A DNA stretch of 64,000 nucleotides. Origin: Octopus sinensis (Eukaryota). The stretch lies in NCBI RefSeq assembly GCF_006345805.1, contig NC_042999.1, positions 25,420,001 through 25,484,000 of the forward strand, written 5' to 3'. The position numbers were made by a program, and so were the translations under genes. Positions 1-11,161 of this stretch are shown here, one piece after another; position 1 is the stretch's first letter; each line of letters opens with the position of its first letter. The notes beneath the pieces were generated by a model. The model saw only the letters and a list, made by a program, of their open reading frames with translations, made no database searches and was not told where the DNA came from.

Positions 1-84
1 TTCTCTAGCACACCTCGAGACACGTGCGATTCGAAATAAAAACTCTCATAAAGTGAGATTCTGGAAGTGAAGACTTAAATTAAC

Positions 85-275
85 ATCTTATATAGGATAA
101 AATTCTTCGTAAAAAATTCCATCAATGGCCGGCATATTAAAAAATACCTTTAAAGGTTAAATTTATAAAATAATTTTACTTACAAATTGTTTTATAAATT
201 TAACCTTTAAAGGTATTTTTTAATATGCTGGCCATTGATAGAATTTTTTACGAAAAATTTTATCCTATATAAGAT
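85..275. repeat. Long inverted repeat (fold-back) abutting a (TA)n tract; probable Penelope-like element end
   Basis: Arm 85-170 (ATCTTATATAGGATAAAATT...TTTATAAAA) is the reverse complement of 190-275 with about 3 mismatches; (TA)n follows immediately. Confidence 0.85.
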
Positions 276-288
276 ATATATATATATT

Positions 289-349
<61 letters not shown>

Positions 350-1182
350 CATGTGTGCATATGACTGTGTGAGTATCTATACGTGTGTGTATCTATGCAC
401 GTGTATATATTTCTGTTTAACCTGTGTGAGGCATTGTTTTCTTCAACCAAAGTCACTTTAGGATATATTTGGGATCCGGGTTGTTAGTAATACAAGATGC
501 ACCGCTATGCAGTCGAACATGTAACCACGCATGTTGAAGCTGACTAGTCACCAGGCAGCCACGGCTGTTTATTGCCTTTCTCTATAAAATTTCCATAGTT
601 CCGGCACTATGTGACATTTGCCTAGATACTATTTCATAAAAATCCTATAACATCTCAATGTTCACTACCCGAATAAAGGTAAAATTAATGGCGTCCATTC
701 ATGCCCAATTAGATTATTCACTTTCTAGCTTTTGGAAAAAATTTTTTTTCGTCGACAGAAATTCTATACCTTCTACCATGTTTAAAGGAATGTCATCTGT
801 TTGTGTGGTCGTTTAATTTTTTAATGGATACTTTCGGTTTGTTGTTGTAAACGTTCCTTCAAAAGCACAGTCGCATTTGCACTGCAATAAAAAGCCATAT
901 GAAGCTCAAGTTTCTTAACTGCTGTGTAATTCACAATAGTATATCAATGCCATTCAACAACCCATGCTTTTGAGTCAAATCAGTATTGAACTTTAAAGAT
1001 AATACGATGCACATGCTGAGGCATATTCATTCATTGATCAATGAAGGGGATACGTGTAAGATTTTGAGTAGGCAGTATATTATTATCATTATTATTTTTT
1101 GTGTTGTATTTATTGTTGTTGTTCTCCCCTTTGTTGTTGATGTTGTGCCTATACTAGAAGGAGTTGTTATTATCATTCTTCA

Positions 1183-1745
1183 GGCGGCGAGCTGGCAGAA
1201 ACCTTAGCACACCGGCGAAATGCGTAGCAGTATTTTGTCTGCCGTTACATTCTGAGTTCAAAATCCGCCGAGGTCGACTTTGTCTTTCATCCTTTCGGGG
1301 TCGATTAAATAAATACCAGTTACGCACTGGGATCGATATAATCGACTTAATCCATTTGTCTGTGTTTAGCCCCCTGTGGGTAGTAAAGAAATAGGTATTT
1401 CGTCCATCTTTACATTTCGAGGTCAATTTCCGCTGTGGTCGAATTTTCCTTTCATCCAATTTTTGGTCGATAAAATAAGTACTAGTGATACACTGGGGTC
1501 GAGCTTGTTGGCCTTGTGCGAAAATTTGAAATCACGATTCTTATTACTACTAAATCGGCGAGCTGGCAGAATCGTTAGCATAGCGGATAAAATGTTTAGC
1601 GACGTTTCTTTCGGTTTTACGTTCTGAGTTCAAAATGTTTTTGCGGTCTACTTCACTTATCATAATGTTGGGGTAAACAAAATAAAGTACTAGTTAGGAA
1701 CTGGGTCAACGCAATGTTTCAAGCCTCGTGCTCATTGTAGAAAGG

Positions 1746-1748
<3 letters not shown>
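1183..1748 (+). mobile_element. Cluster of three tRNA-derived SINE family A copies (1183-1394 near full length; 1395-1531 and 1556-1748 degenerate)
   Basis: Head GGCGGCGAGCTGGCAGAA..TTAGCA, box-B-like GAGTTCAAA, and a body GGTCGACTTTGCCTTTCATCC that recurs across the window. Confidence 0.85.
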
Positions 1749-1807
<59 letters not shown>

Positions 1808-1808
1808 C

Positions 1809-2361
1809 GAGTGAAAGAGCAGTGCATGCCATCAAAGCGACATTGGGGTAAGATATACGAAACCCAGGATATCCATTATTACTGCCCGTCTGTTAAGAGT
1901 ATACCAGGCATATGCATCACAACCATATGTGCGTGACATGGTGACCTCATATGATGGTAAACAGCGCATGACCTTGTAGGCGGGGGTCCAGTTAGAATCT
2001 TTTTCAGGTCGAGTAGCCCATCCCGTTCAATAGGTCTCTGAATAACTTTGTTTAAGGATGATGAACAAAACACCTTTTCGGAGGTAAATTTTTCAAGCCC
2101 CAAGGAAATCCTCTCAACACATGGCTATGATGCTTCCCCAGTACTCCTGCTCGTGGTCAGAGATACACGTATTGTCTGTCACTAAGGGACATGATCGACT
2201 GGTTAAGGTCAAGCAACCGACAAGTAAATATGAGTTACTGAGCAGAATATTTGTTGTAGCCCATCTTTTTTACACCAAGAAAAATCCATTTACATATGAA
2301 CACTTCCAAACAGTTAAGATCACAAGCCACGAGAACCACTGTCTTGTTTTGCATCAGAGCA
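1809..2361 (-). mobile_element. Non-coding interspersed repeat family D (about 520-550 bp) sitting in trinucleotide microsatellites
   Basis: Homologous to 2523-2745, 15074-15589 and (opposite strand) 32655-33167; flanked by (TTA)n and (CAT)n. Strand is inferred from the TAA-like tail. Confidence 0.8.
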
Positions 2362-2446
2362 ATTATCATCATCATCATCATCCTCATCCTCCTCCTCATC
2401 ATCATCATCATCCTCATCCTCATCATCATCAATCATCATCATCATC

Positions 2447-2490
<44 letters not shown>

Positions 2491-2522
2491 TTTGTTGTTG
2501 TTGTTATTGCTATTGATTGATT

Positions 2523-2745
2523 GAGAGAGCGAGAGAGCAGTGCATGCCATCAAAGTGACGCTGGGGTACAAATATACGAAGCTCAATATACCCATAACGA
2601 CTACACCAGACACATGCAACACAACCACCTGGGCACGACCTGGTGACCTTATATCGAGATAAACAGTGTATGACTTTGCCGGCGGGGCCCAGGTGGAATT
2701 TTCTTCAGGCTGAGTAGCTCATCCTGCTCAAAGGTTCCCTGAATG
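2523..2745 (-). mobile_element. Family D repeat, truncated copy
   Basis: GAGAGAGCAGTGCATGCCATCAAAGTGAC.. start shared with the copies at 1809 and 15074. Confidence 0.75.
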
Positions 2746-2867
2746 TTTTCAAATTATGTGCACAGCTACTATTTACATATAGATAACTAGAATTATTTGC
2801 ATTATACATGTTTCAGATATTGTGAATTGTGTTTGTAGATATATATGCATAATAAACATACATATAT

Positions 2868-3180
2868 GGGGCTGTGCGGTAAGAAGTTTACCTTCCAACC
2901 ACATGGTTCCGGGATCAACCCCGCTGTGTGGTACCTTGGGAATGTGTTGTCTACTATAATCCCGGGTCGAAATATTGCTTTGTGAATGGAGTTGGCAGAC
3001 ATATATATTTGTATGTACGTATATGTATCAACCTATGTGTGTGTCTTTGTTCATGTGTTTGTCCCCACCATTATTTGGCAACCAGTGTCAGTAAAGAGGC
3101 CAGTAGGATAAATACCAGGCTTTAGAAATACGTACCTCAGCATAGCCGCAGTCAAATCATTGTAACAGGTAAAAAAGAAA
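2868..3180 (+). mobile_element. SINE family B (tRNA-like head, CORE-like ACCTTGGG(C)AA segment), degenerate
   Basis: GGCTGTGCGGTAAGAAG..CCACATGGTTCCGGG..GTACCTTGGGAATG, and tail GCCGCAGTCAAAT. Confidence 0.75.
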
Positions 3181-3399
3181 AGATAACTACATAATATATA
3201 CACACAAATATACGTACATACATAGATACATACATACGTACATATATGTGTGTGTATGTATGTATGTATGTATGTATGTATGTATGTATGTATACATGTT
3301 CTCTTCTGCTTTTAATCATTTAAATTCTTCCTCTGAAGAAAGAGATGATTTCTAACAAAGACACATTTCTCCATCGTTGAAATGTAGATAAGAAAACCT

Positions 3400-5060
3400 T
3401 ATATTTTAAACATGAGAAAAGTATTGCATACTTTTACTGCTCCACTTACAGATTATATTTGTAACGTGCGAGTTAGCTGGATGGTATCTTTTCCTTTAAA
3501 CCCTAGCTTATCTAGATGGCATTTAATCACAAAATCAAGTTCACTAATTATTGTTGCTATAAATGTGAATTTATAATCTTGATATAGAAGCAGGATGTTT
3601 CGAAGTAGTTGTTCATAATTATCTTCTTTGAAAATCAAAGAGATATTCACCTCAGCAGACAACTGGTCTCTGTGACGCAATGTAATTTTCCTTGTCTATT
3701 CCAACAACAATATCCAGCGTGTTATGTTCATCCTTGATAAATGTTTTCATCGGAATGTTCCACCAGTAATTTTTGTGTTGATGTTTGTGTTCGTATTGAA
3801 TGAGAAGCGGATTCTCTATATTTATTCTGAGAGAGACTTTTTCGTTTCGAACGGTAATGTATATATCCCCGTTTTTTTTTGCGACGACATCGTATCGCAT
3901 AAAGAAGTTGGTCGTTGATGACATTATTGGACAGCTGCTAATCACATGTGTGTTATCTTCCACAGAGGTATGACATAATCTACATTTTCAACTGCATTTT
4001 GGAACACCAAGAACTTCATTGTTTCTTTTGTTTATTAGGTATTTCGTGGAAAATTTCTTACTCTGGTATCGCAAATGCATAAGCTTCGAAGGGTGATGTG
4101 ATGTAGCGGTCATGAGACCAAGAGCATCTTTGCTTCATGTCAATATCACTGCATTCTCCAAAGCTAGGAGCTGGCAGAATCGTTAGCATGCCGGGGTAAA
4201 TGCTTAGCGGCATTTTGTCCGCTTTTATATTATAAGTTCAAATTCCGCCGAGGTCGACTTTGCCTTTCATCTTTCCGGATTCAATAAAATAAGTACCAGT
4301 TGAGCGCAAGGGTTTTATGTAATGAAACCCCTTTCTCCAGAACTGCTGGCCTTGTACCAAAATTTCAAATCAATAATACTGGCCTTTTCAAGTCTTCGAG
4401 AACCACCCATGATTTTTTTGGTATGCTGAGCGTTTCATATCGAGGGTTTCTTTGAGGTTATGCTAGTCTTGAGGTTTTGGAGTTGCATAGGAGGTCATCA
4501 AACAGAGAGTGTTTCCCGAGGAGCTCGATGCCGTCGCGTAGTATATTGTTCTATTCACTTTTCAGCGCTAAGTTAATGCAGTTATTTTTGCTGCTGTTTA
4601 GGAAGTGCTGTCTGAGAGACACTATACGACATTCGAAGGCTGTCTGCACTGATCTCAGGCTTCTAACTCCTTTATCTCTTCCTAGGAAGAGCATATTGAT
4701 ATCACTATTTCTGTGCAGGTTTCTTAGGTATTATAACGTCTACAGAGCGGATTCCTTGTAAGAGTAATCAAGTATCGCAAATCCTGGGATCAGCTCTGGC
4801 ATTGCAAATGCATTGTAGTATATTGTCTTTATGTGAGAATTCCGACTGCCATATTTTTCTTAGTCTGGCATAATATTTTCGGGTCACTCGATCTTTATTC
4901 ACAGAAACTTCCTATGACATATTTTCATCAATGCCCAGGAATTTGTAGTATTCTTTGTGTAGGATATGTGAGCTATCATCGATGCATAGGTCTGGAATCT
5001 AGGAGACTGATTTTCCCCGTTCAACAATCAAATATGAACTTTTCTTTTGGCCGAATTTAA
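3400..5060 (-). mobile_element. R4/Dong-clade non-LTR retrotransposon 3' fragment (RT C-terminus, CCHC knuckle, restriction-like endonuclease), decayed and split by a SINE
   Basis: Minus-strand translation across frames gives YYKFLGIDEN..KYYARLRKIWQSE, NLHRNSDINMLFLGRDKGVRSL (cf. RLYLPRKEGGRGL), KCRLCHTSVEDNTHVISSCP, MRYDVVAK, WWNIPMKT and LDIVVGIDKEN (cf. PDIVV.DK). Stops and frameshifts are present. Confidence 0.85.
4167..4375 (+). mobile_element. SINE family A copy inserted inside the R4/Dong fragment
   Basis: GGAGCTGGCAGAATCGTTAGCATGCCGG..GAGGTCGACTTTGCCTTTCATC; LINE coding frames continue on both sides. Confidence 0.85.
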
Positions 5061-5114
5061 TTCCAATTTTGTATGTATGTATGTATGTATATATGTATGT
5101 ATGTATGTATGTAC

Positions 5115-5149
<35 letters not shown>

Positions 5150-5162
5150 TGTATGTATGTAT

Positions 5163-5475
5163 GATGTGCAAGACAGATGAGTGACAACCTGGCCACTGGT
5201 GGTGGTGTAACACACCATACTAATCATATCTGTCGGGCATGTGGAAGAGAGAGAGTAATTCGGCAGGAGGACTTAAACGACATGCAAAGGTACATGAAGC
5301 CCAGTTACAACTACAGCCGGCTATTACCAGTAAAGGTTTTAGTTGCCAATTCTGTAAAAGACATTGTAGATCTTTAGCTGGGCTAAAAAGTCACATTCGA
5401 TCACAGCACCAGTAACAGTTAAGCTTCGTGCAATGGCCATACTCGATAACGAGAGAGCAGCCATAATAATGATGT
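5163..5475 (+). mobile_element. Probable RTE-clade LINE 3' end with two C2H2 zinc-finger motifs
   Basis: HICRACGRE/SNSAGGLKRHAKVH (frameshifted) and FSCQFCKRHCRSLAGLKSHIRSQHQ*, then a short 3' UTR ending GCAGCCATAATAATGATG, resembling RTE 3' ends. Confidence 0.6.
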
Positions 5476-5823
5476 GTGTATACACGTATGTATAGGCGTT
5501 TTCTCTGTCGCTGGAGATGTATATCTGAAACTTTGATGTATCTTGCCGTGAGATCGATTCGTACGTTAGAATACTATCTGAGAGAATGAGATCAATCAAA
5601 CTAACTATGTGAATTGCAGAAAACTCACAATCTCACGGCCCATTTCAAGATAAGCTTCACTCAGTAAACATAATTCTTCTGGTCCAAAATCCATGTCCAT
5701 TTTTCGTTTTATGTGGAAGAATGGGGAATAGAATAAGTTTTGCCAAGTTTAATCAGGGGTATTCGGAACAGGCACATCTTAATTCATTAGTAGTATATAA
5801 CCGCCGTTCTTTCTGCCTAGCAG

Positions 5824-5847
5824 GTTATTAGATTACAATGCTGAAAG
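5824..5847 (+). CDS. Weak candidate micro-exon (24 or 27 nt), LLDYNAE
   Basis: Acceptor CCGTTCTTTCTGCCTAG/CAG (NAGNAG), donor AAG|GTACGT; only one frame is open. Confidence 0.25.
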
Positions 5848-6126
5848 GTACGTGACTTGTCATACATAAATAATTCAGAGTCCTCAAGTACTTCTGACTT
5901 TTTAATATGTCGGTAATATGTCTCAAAATGAATTTTAATATATTTTCATTTTGTGAAATTTTGACGTGAATAAGAAGAGTGTAAAATAAAAATAAATGTT
6001 GCCTGTAAAACTAAAAAAAAAGAAAGAAAAAGAACAACAAAAATAAAAACAAAAAAACCCAATAAAGTCGAACAGAAGAAATACCAGAGAGAAAAATGCA
6101 TAAGCCAATAATAACAACATAAACAA

Positions 6127-6170
<44 letters not shown>

Positions 6171-7124
6171 TAAAAAAATAACAAGAACAACAACAGTAAC
6201 AATAAGAATGATGATTATGATGATGATGATGATGATAACTGACATTAACCAACTTTTGCAACTAATAAGAGACTTTGTTTGAATGGTTTTATGTTTTGAA
6301 ACATTTGAGGTCTCATTAACATGTGTTACAGTGTTGATAAGGTCTTCAACTTGTTTTCAGTGAATCGTCGACATTTCTAGACACTCACCGCTACATACAT
6401 ACATGCATACATACATACATACATACATACATACATACATACGTACATGCGTATGTACGTACATATGCATGTACATAAATGTGTACACATACACATATGC
6501 ACACACAGACACACAGAGAGAGACACACACATATATGCATATGTACATATATAACCATACGTACACACATACATACATATACACGCCTACACATACACAT
6601 ATACACACACACATATATTATGTGTGTGTATGGGGAGGGTGGGACAGAGAGGAGTAAACAAAGTGGCTTGATATAACGACAGTTGCCGGGTCTATAAGAT
6701 GTGATGTGAATAGAATTAGTACTAGAACAATAGGTATCTGTTAATAGAATGGCAGTCTCTGTTGGTGGTGGCGGTGGTGGTGCGGAAAAGTACGAGGAAG
6801 GGGGGGAAAAGGAAGAACTGAGAGGGAAGAGGTCGAAGAGAAAGAACGGATCAATAGAAAGAAAGAGGAAAGGCTAGTGAGAGTTTGAAAGACAAAGGTG
6901 GCGACACAGAGAAAGAGGTTCAGAGAGAATGAGAGAGAAAGAGAGAGAGAGAGAGCTAGAGAGAGAGAGAGGGGGGGAAATTACAGAAGTAATTAGCCTA
7001 AAAAAAAGAAACGAATGTATTGAGCGAACGACTTAAAGAAAGAAGAGTAATTATAGCTAAACAAAGAGGCCATATATATACATACATATATATACATATA
7101 TGCATATATATATATGTATATATA

Positions 7125-7537
7125 CTCTTTTACTCTTTTACTTGTTTCAGTCATTTGACTGTGGCCATACTGGAGCACCGCCATTTAGTCGAGCAACTCG
7201 ACCCCGGGACTTATTCTTTTTGTAAGCCCAATACTTATTCTATCGGTCTCTTTTTGCCGAACCGCTAAGTGACGGGGACGTAAACACACCAGCATCGATT
7301 GTCAAGCAATGCTAGGGGAACAAACACAGACACACAAACACACACACATACATATATATATATACATATATACGACAGGCTTCTTTCAGTTTCCGTCTAC
7401 CAAATCCACTCACAAGGCATTGGTCGGCCCGGGGCTATAGCAGACGACACTTGCCCAAGATGCCACGCAGTGGGATTGAACCCGGAACCATGTGGTTGGT
7501 TAGCAAGCTAACTACCACACAGCCACTCCTGCGCCTA
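7125..7537 (-). mobile_element. SINE family B, full length
   Basis: Reverse complement begins TAGGCGCAGGAGTGGCTGTGTGGTAG; internal (TA/CA) tract; tail CAGTCAAATGACTGAAACAAGTAAAAGAG. Confidence 0.9.
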
Positions 7538-7581
7538 TATATATATATTATATATACATGTATGTATCTATTTATGTATAC

Positions 7582-7655
<74 letters not shown>

Positions 7656-7660
7656 GATAA

Positions 7661-7974
7661 AACGATAAACGTCGCCCTTTTCAAGCCTAGCCAGGCTCAT
7701 GGGCCCGGTTCCCGGTTTGTGTGGTGTATGTGTTCCCCCAAGCTGGACGGGGCGCCAGTCCATCGCAGCGTTACTCAAGAAAGAGTAAGAAACAGTGAGA
7801 GAAAGTTGTGGCCAAAGAGTACAACAGGGCTCGCCACCCCCCCCCCTGCCGGAGCCTCGAGGAGTTTTTAGGTGTTTTCGCTCAATAAACACACACAACG
7901 CCCGGTCTGAGAATCGAAACCGCGATCCTCCGACCGCGAGTCCGCTGCCCTAACCACTGGACCATTGCGCCTCC
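7661..7974 (-). mobile_element. SINE family C (tRNA-like head GGAGGCGCAATGG..) with tail type 1
   Basis: Box A/B-like head (TGG..CAGTGGTTAGG; GGTTTCGATTC); tail CCCATGAGCCTGGCTAGGC shared with 12172-12424. Confidence 0.9.
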
Positions 7975-8085
7975 ACACACACATATATATACAAGTAAAT
8001 AAATACATATATATATATGTTTATAAATATATATATAAATATATGTATACACATACACACACACACATATATATATATATTATAT

Positions 8086-8117
<32 letters not shown>

Positions 8118-8321
8118 AAATGTTAGGCTTCGAACGAATAACACTAACGTTCCTTGTATTGAAATGGAGTAAATTATTTTCATCTAAGAACCGATAGTTA
8201 TAGAAATGATGATAACCAAAGGAAAGCTCCTGCTGAAGTTCATAACCCAAGAGGCTAGTGGCGAGGTGTCAGTGACATGCAAGCAGGTAGTGTGTATAAG
8301 GACTAAATAAATAAATAAATA

Positions 8322-8356
<35 letters not shown>

Positions 8357-8359
<3 letters not shown>

Positions 8360-8520
8360 TAGTGAGGATTTACAAAAAACAAAATTCGAAGACGAGTGTG
8401 TTAACAACAAAGAGATGTATTAGTTTAACGCTCGGGAAGTGAGAAAGTCTTTTACGTTTCGAGCCTGCGCTCTTCGACAGAAAGGGACACAAAAATAAAC
8501 AGGGGTTAAAAATAAAAAAG
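8357..8520 (-). mobile_element. Penelope-like element 3' end fragment in (TA)n
   Basis: Homologous to 34779-34930 and 59950-60100; contains a hammerhead-like motif; abuts (TA)n. Confidence 0.65.
8449..8484 (-). ncRNA. Hammerhead-like motif with A6U core variant
   Basis: CTTT CTGTCGA A GAGC-GCAG-GCTC GAAA CG TA AAAG: helix I and II pair, palindromic helix III, core CUGUCGA. Confidence 0.45.
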
Positions 8521-8527
8521 GTTTAGG

Positions 8528-8678
8528 CGCATACACGAACATATATACAGGAATAAAAACGCATAAACCTCACGCACGCGCACATGTAATATATATACAT
8601 ACCTCCCAGGCAGTATTTAATTCTATTAACCTAAAGTTATATATATATATATTTATACATATATATATATATATATTT

Positions 8679-8739
<61 letters not shown>

Positions 8740-8899
8740 CATACATACAGTGTGTATATATATATATATTATATATATATATATATATATATTATGGTTA
8801 ATAGAATTACATTTTGCCTGGGAGGTATGTATATATATTACATGTGCGCGTGCGGCAGGTTTTTTCGTTTTTATTCTTGTGTTTATGTACGTGTATGCG
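8528..8899. repeat. About 105-bp inverted repeat (8528-8631 / 8796-8899) around a (TA)n spacer
   Basis: CGCACGCGCACATGTAATATATATACATACCTCCCAGGCA is found in both orientations. Confidence 0.85.
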
Positions 8900-9498
8900 T
8901 GAGAGAGTGAGAGAAAGAGAGAAAGAGAGAAAGAGAGAAGAGAGAAAGAGAGAGAGAGAGAGGGAGGGAGAGATAATGAGAGAGAGAGAGACAAAGGGAG
9001 AAAGAAAAACTAAGCTTAGCAGAAAAATAGTTCTCTAATTAGGTGACGAGTCAGAGTTCAATATATATATGCGTGTATGTGTGTGTGTTTGTGTGTGTGT
9101 GTGCATGTGTGAGTGTAGGTTGTATGCATGTGTGATATTTTATTCCCAACACAACAGAAGTTAGAAATATTGTAATAAATTTGAATAATACATAAACATG
9201 GTGTGATATGAAATAATAAAAATATTGAACTATTCCTTCAAGTAGTTGCTCATTGCAAGCGGACTTATTGAACTCTTCCAAAAATTCTCTTACTCCTTGT
9301 AATGCATTTTTCTTTGTATTTCTGCCGCTATTACCTATGTATGACCGTGGTGGGTTCATTGAATCTATTCAATGATCGATGATATGCCTTGAGCCATTCA
9401 ATTACCTAACTTCACGTTCTGAGTTGAGATCCCGCCGAAATCGTCTTTGCATTCTCTTGCTCAGGACTTAGCAAAGTCGACAAAAAGTCTATGTGTGT

Positions 9499-9547
<49 letters not shown>

Positions 9548-9659
9548 TTGTGTATGTGCGTGCGTATGTGTGTATGCATGTATGCATGTATGTATGTTTC
9601 GCATCACTTACCTCAACCGAATTGGAGGAGAACTGAATTGCCAGTATATGACTATATCC

Positions 9660-9772
9660 ACCACGTGACCGACCAGGCTATCAGATGTTGTTACACATCG
9701 CTGGTCACAATGCGCTTCGCATTGTTTTAGCCTTCAAATGACGCCACCCCGCTGGCTAAGCGAGCAGGCCAA
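9660..9772 (-). mobile_element. 5'-truncated SINE, tail type 2 only
   Basis: Matches the tail of 13118-13414; ATATGACTATAT occurs on both sides (TSD-like). Confidence 0.75.
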
Positions 9773-10298
9773 TATGACAATATATGACCAATATGACTAT
9801 ATACAAATTTCGAAACATCGATGTCCACCGTTCCTTAATGAGATTTACGGTGAGTTGTCTCACCTGTCTATGACATTTAGCTGTTTCATTTTATATCGCA
9901 CCGTTTGCAGCCTACTGGTGAACAAGCAAAGTATATACATTGAGAATATGCGTTCTAATCGACACCTGCTTCTAATCGAGATCGATCAACTCTTATTCTC
10001 TCACATAGTAATCAATATTTTTTTTGCGGTAACTTTTGAGTTCAAATTACGTCGCAGTGGACTCTGCCTTTTATCCTCCCGAGATCAATAAAATATGTAC
10101 CAGCTGAGAACTGGTGTCAATGTAATCGACTTACCCCACTCATCACAAATTTGCTGGCCTTGTGCCAATATTTTAAATCAATATATTTTGTGGTAAGTAC
10201 GTAGCCTTCTATGATATTACGAGTCTTATTTATTCCCTAACATATTTCACTTCAAATGCTTTCATATATAACTGTATACATATCGCATAGATTGTAGT

Positions 10299-10642
10299 GA
10301 AAGCGCATGGCTCAGTTGTTAGAGCGTCGGGTTCACAATCATGATGTAATGAGTTAGATTCCTGGCCTGGCCTGGCCTGGGTTGTGTGTTGTGTTCTTGA
10401 GCAAGATAGTTCATTTCGCTTTACTACCGTTCACTCAGCTGTAGAAATAAGTTGCTACGTCACTGGTGCCAAGCTGTATCGGCCTTCTCCTTACTCTTCG
10501 ACAACATCGGTGGCGTGGAGAGGGGAGGCTGGTATGCATGGGCAAGTGCTGGTCTTTCATAAACACACTTGCCCGGATTTGTGCCTCGGAAGGAAACTTT
10601 CTAGGTGCAGTCCCATGGTCATTCATAAACGAACAGGGCCCC
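10299..10642 (+). mobile_element. SINE family E (tRNA-like head, TGTTCTTGAGCAA central domain) with its own tail
   Basis: GCGCATGGCTCAGTTGTTAGAGCG..GATTCCTGG head; central domain shared with 12172-12424 and 19508-19660. Confidence 0.7.
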
Positions 10643-10763
10643 TTATATAAATTGTAATGTGTATATTTATTAATTATTATTTTGATGCATAAAATTGGTC
10701 GTGTTCTTGCTTCTACTTTTTGTGTTGTTTATCAGAAAATTCCTTTGGAATGCATTATCATAA

Positions 10764-11161
10764 TCTTTATATATAAAAGTGAAGTTGTGTGTCTGCCTCC
10801 TACGATTTAGATTCCTAACTACTCCCACATTTTGCGGTGCAGTGTAACCAAAAGCGGGTATCTTATAGTCGTGATTCATTTCAAGCCCTTCTGGGTATTA
10901 GCGCGCGTCTACGATGAGTCTACGATTAAAAAAAAAATTACCATAATTTTTTCCCATTTTTAATGCATTTTTTTGCTATTATATAAGGGAAGTAATTCTC
11001 TAAAAATGTATTATTAAATCTCAGAACGTAAAAAGCTACAGTAACACCCCCCCCCCTTTGTGGTTGGCCATATTGAGATGGCTATTATACTTTACATCTC
11101 TAAAAATGCTTATATAGTTATTTCCCTTACAAACCCGAGCAACGCCGGGTGATACTGCTAG
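10764..11161 (+). mobile_element. Non-autonomous Helitron-like element (398 bp)
   Basis: 5' TC(TTTATATATAAAA), 3' hairpin ACCCG..CGGGT (11133-11150) then CTAG, inserted between A and T, no TSD. Confidence 0.8.

Noticed and set aside
2121-2628. Poly-His, poly-Asp and poly-Ile ORFs
   Set aside because: Translations of a (CAT)n microsatellite; no splice or homology support.
8189-8290. Possible exon after TTTTCATCTAAG
   Set aside because: Weak acceptor, ambiguous frame and non-consensus donors.
9790-9855. Strong donor ACG|GTGAGT
   Set aside because: No usable acceptor upstream; the region is interrupted by a SINE tail.
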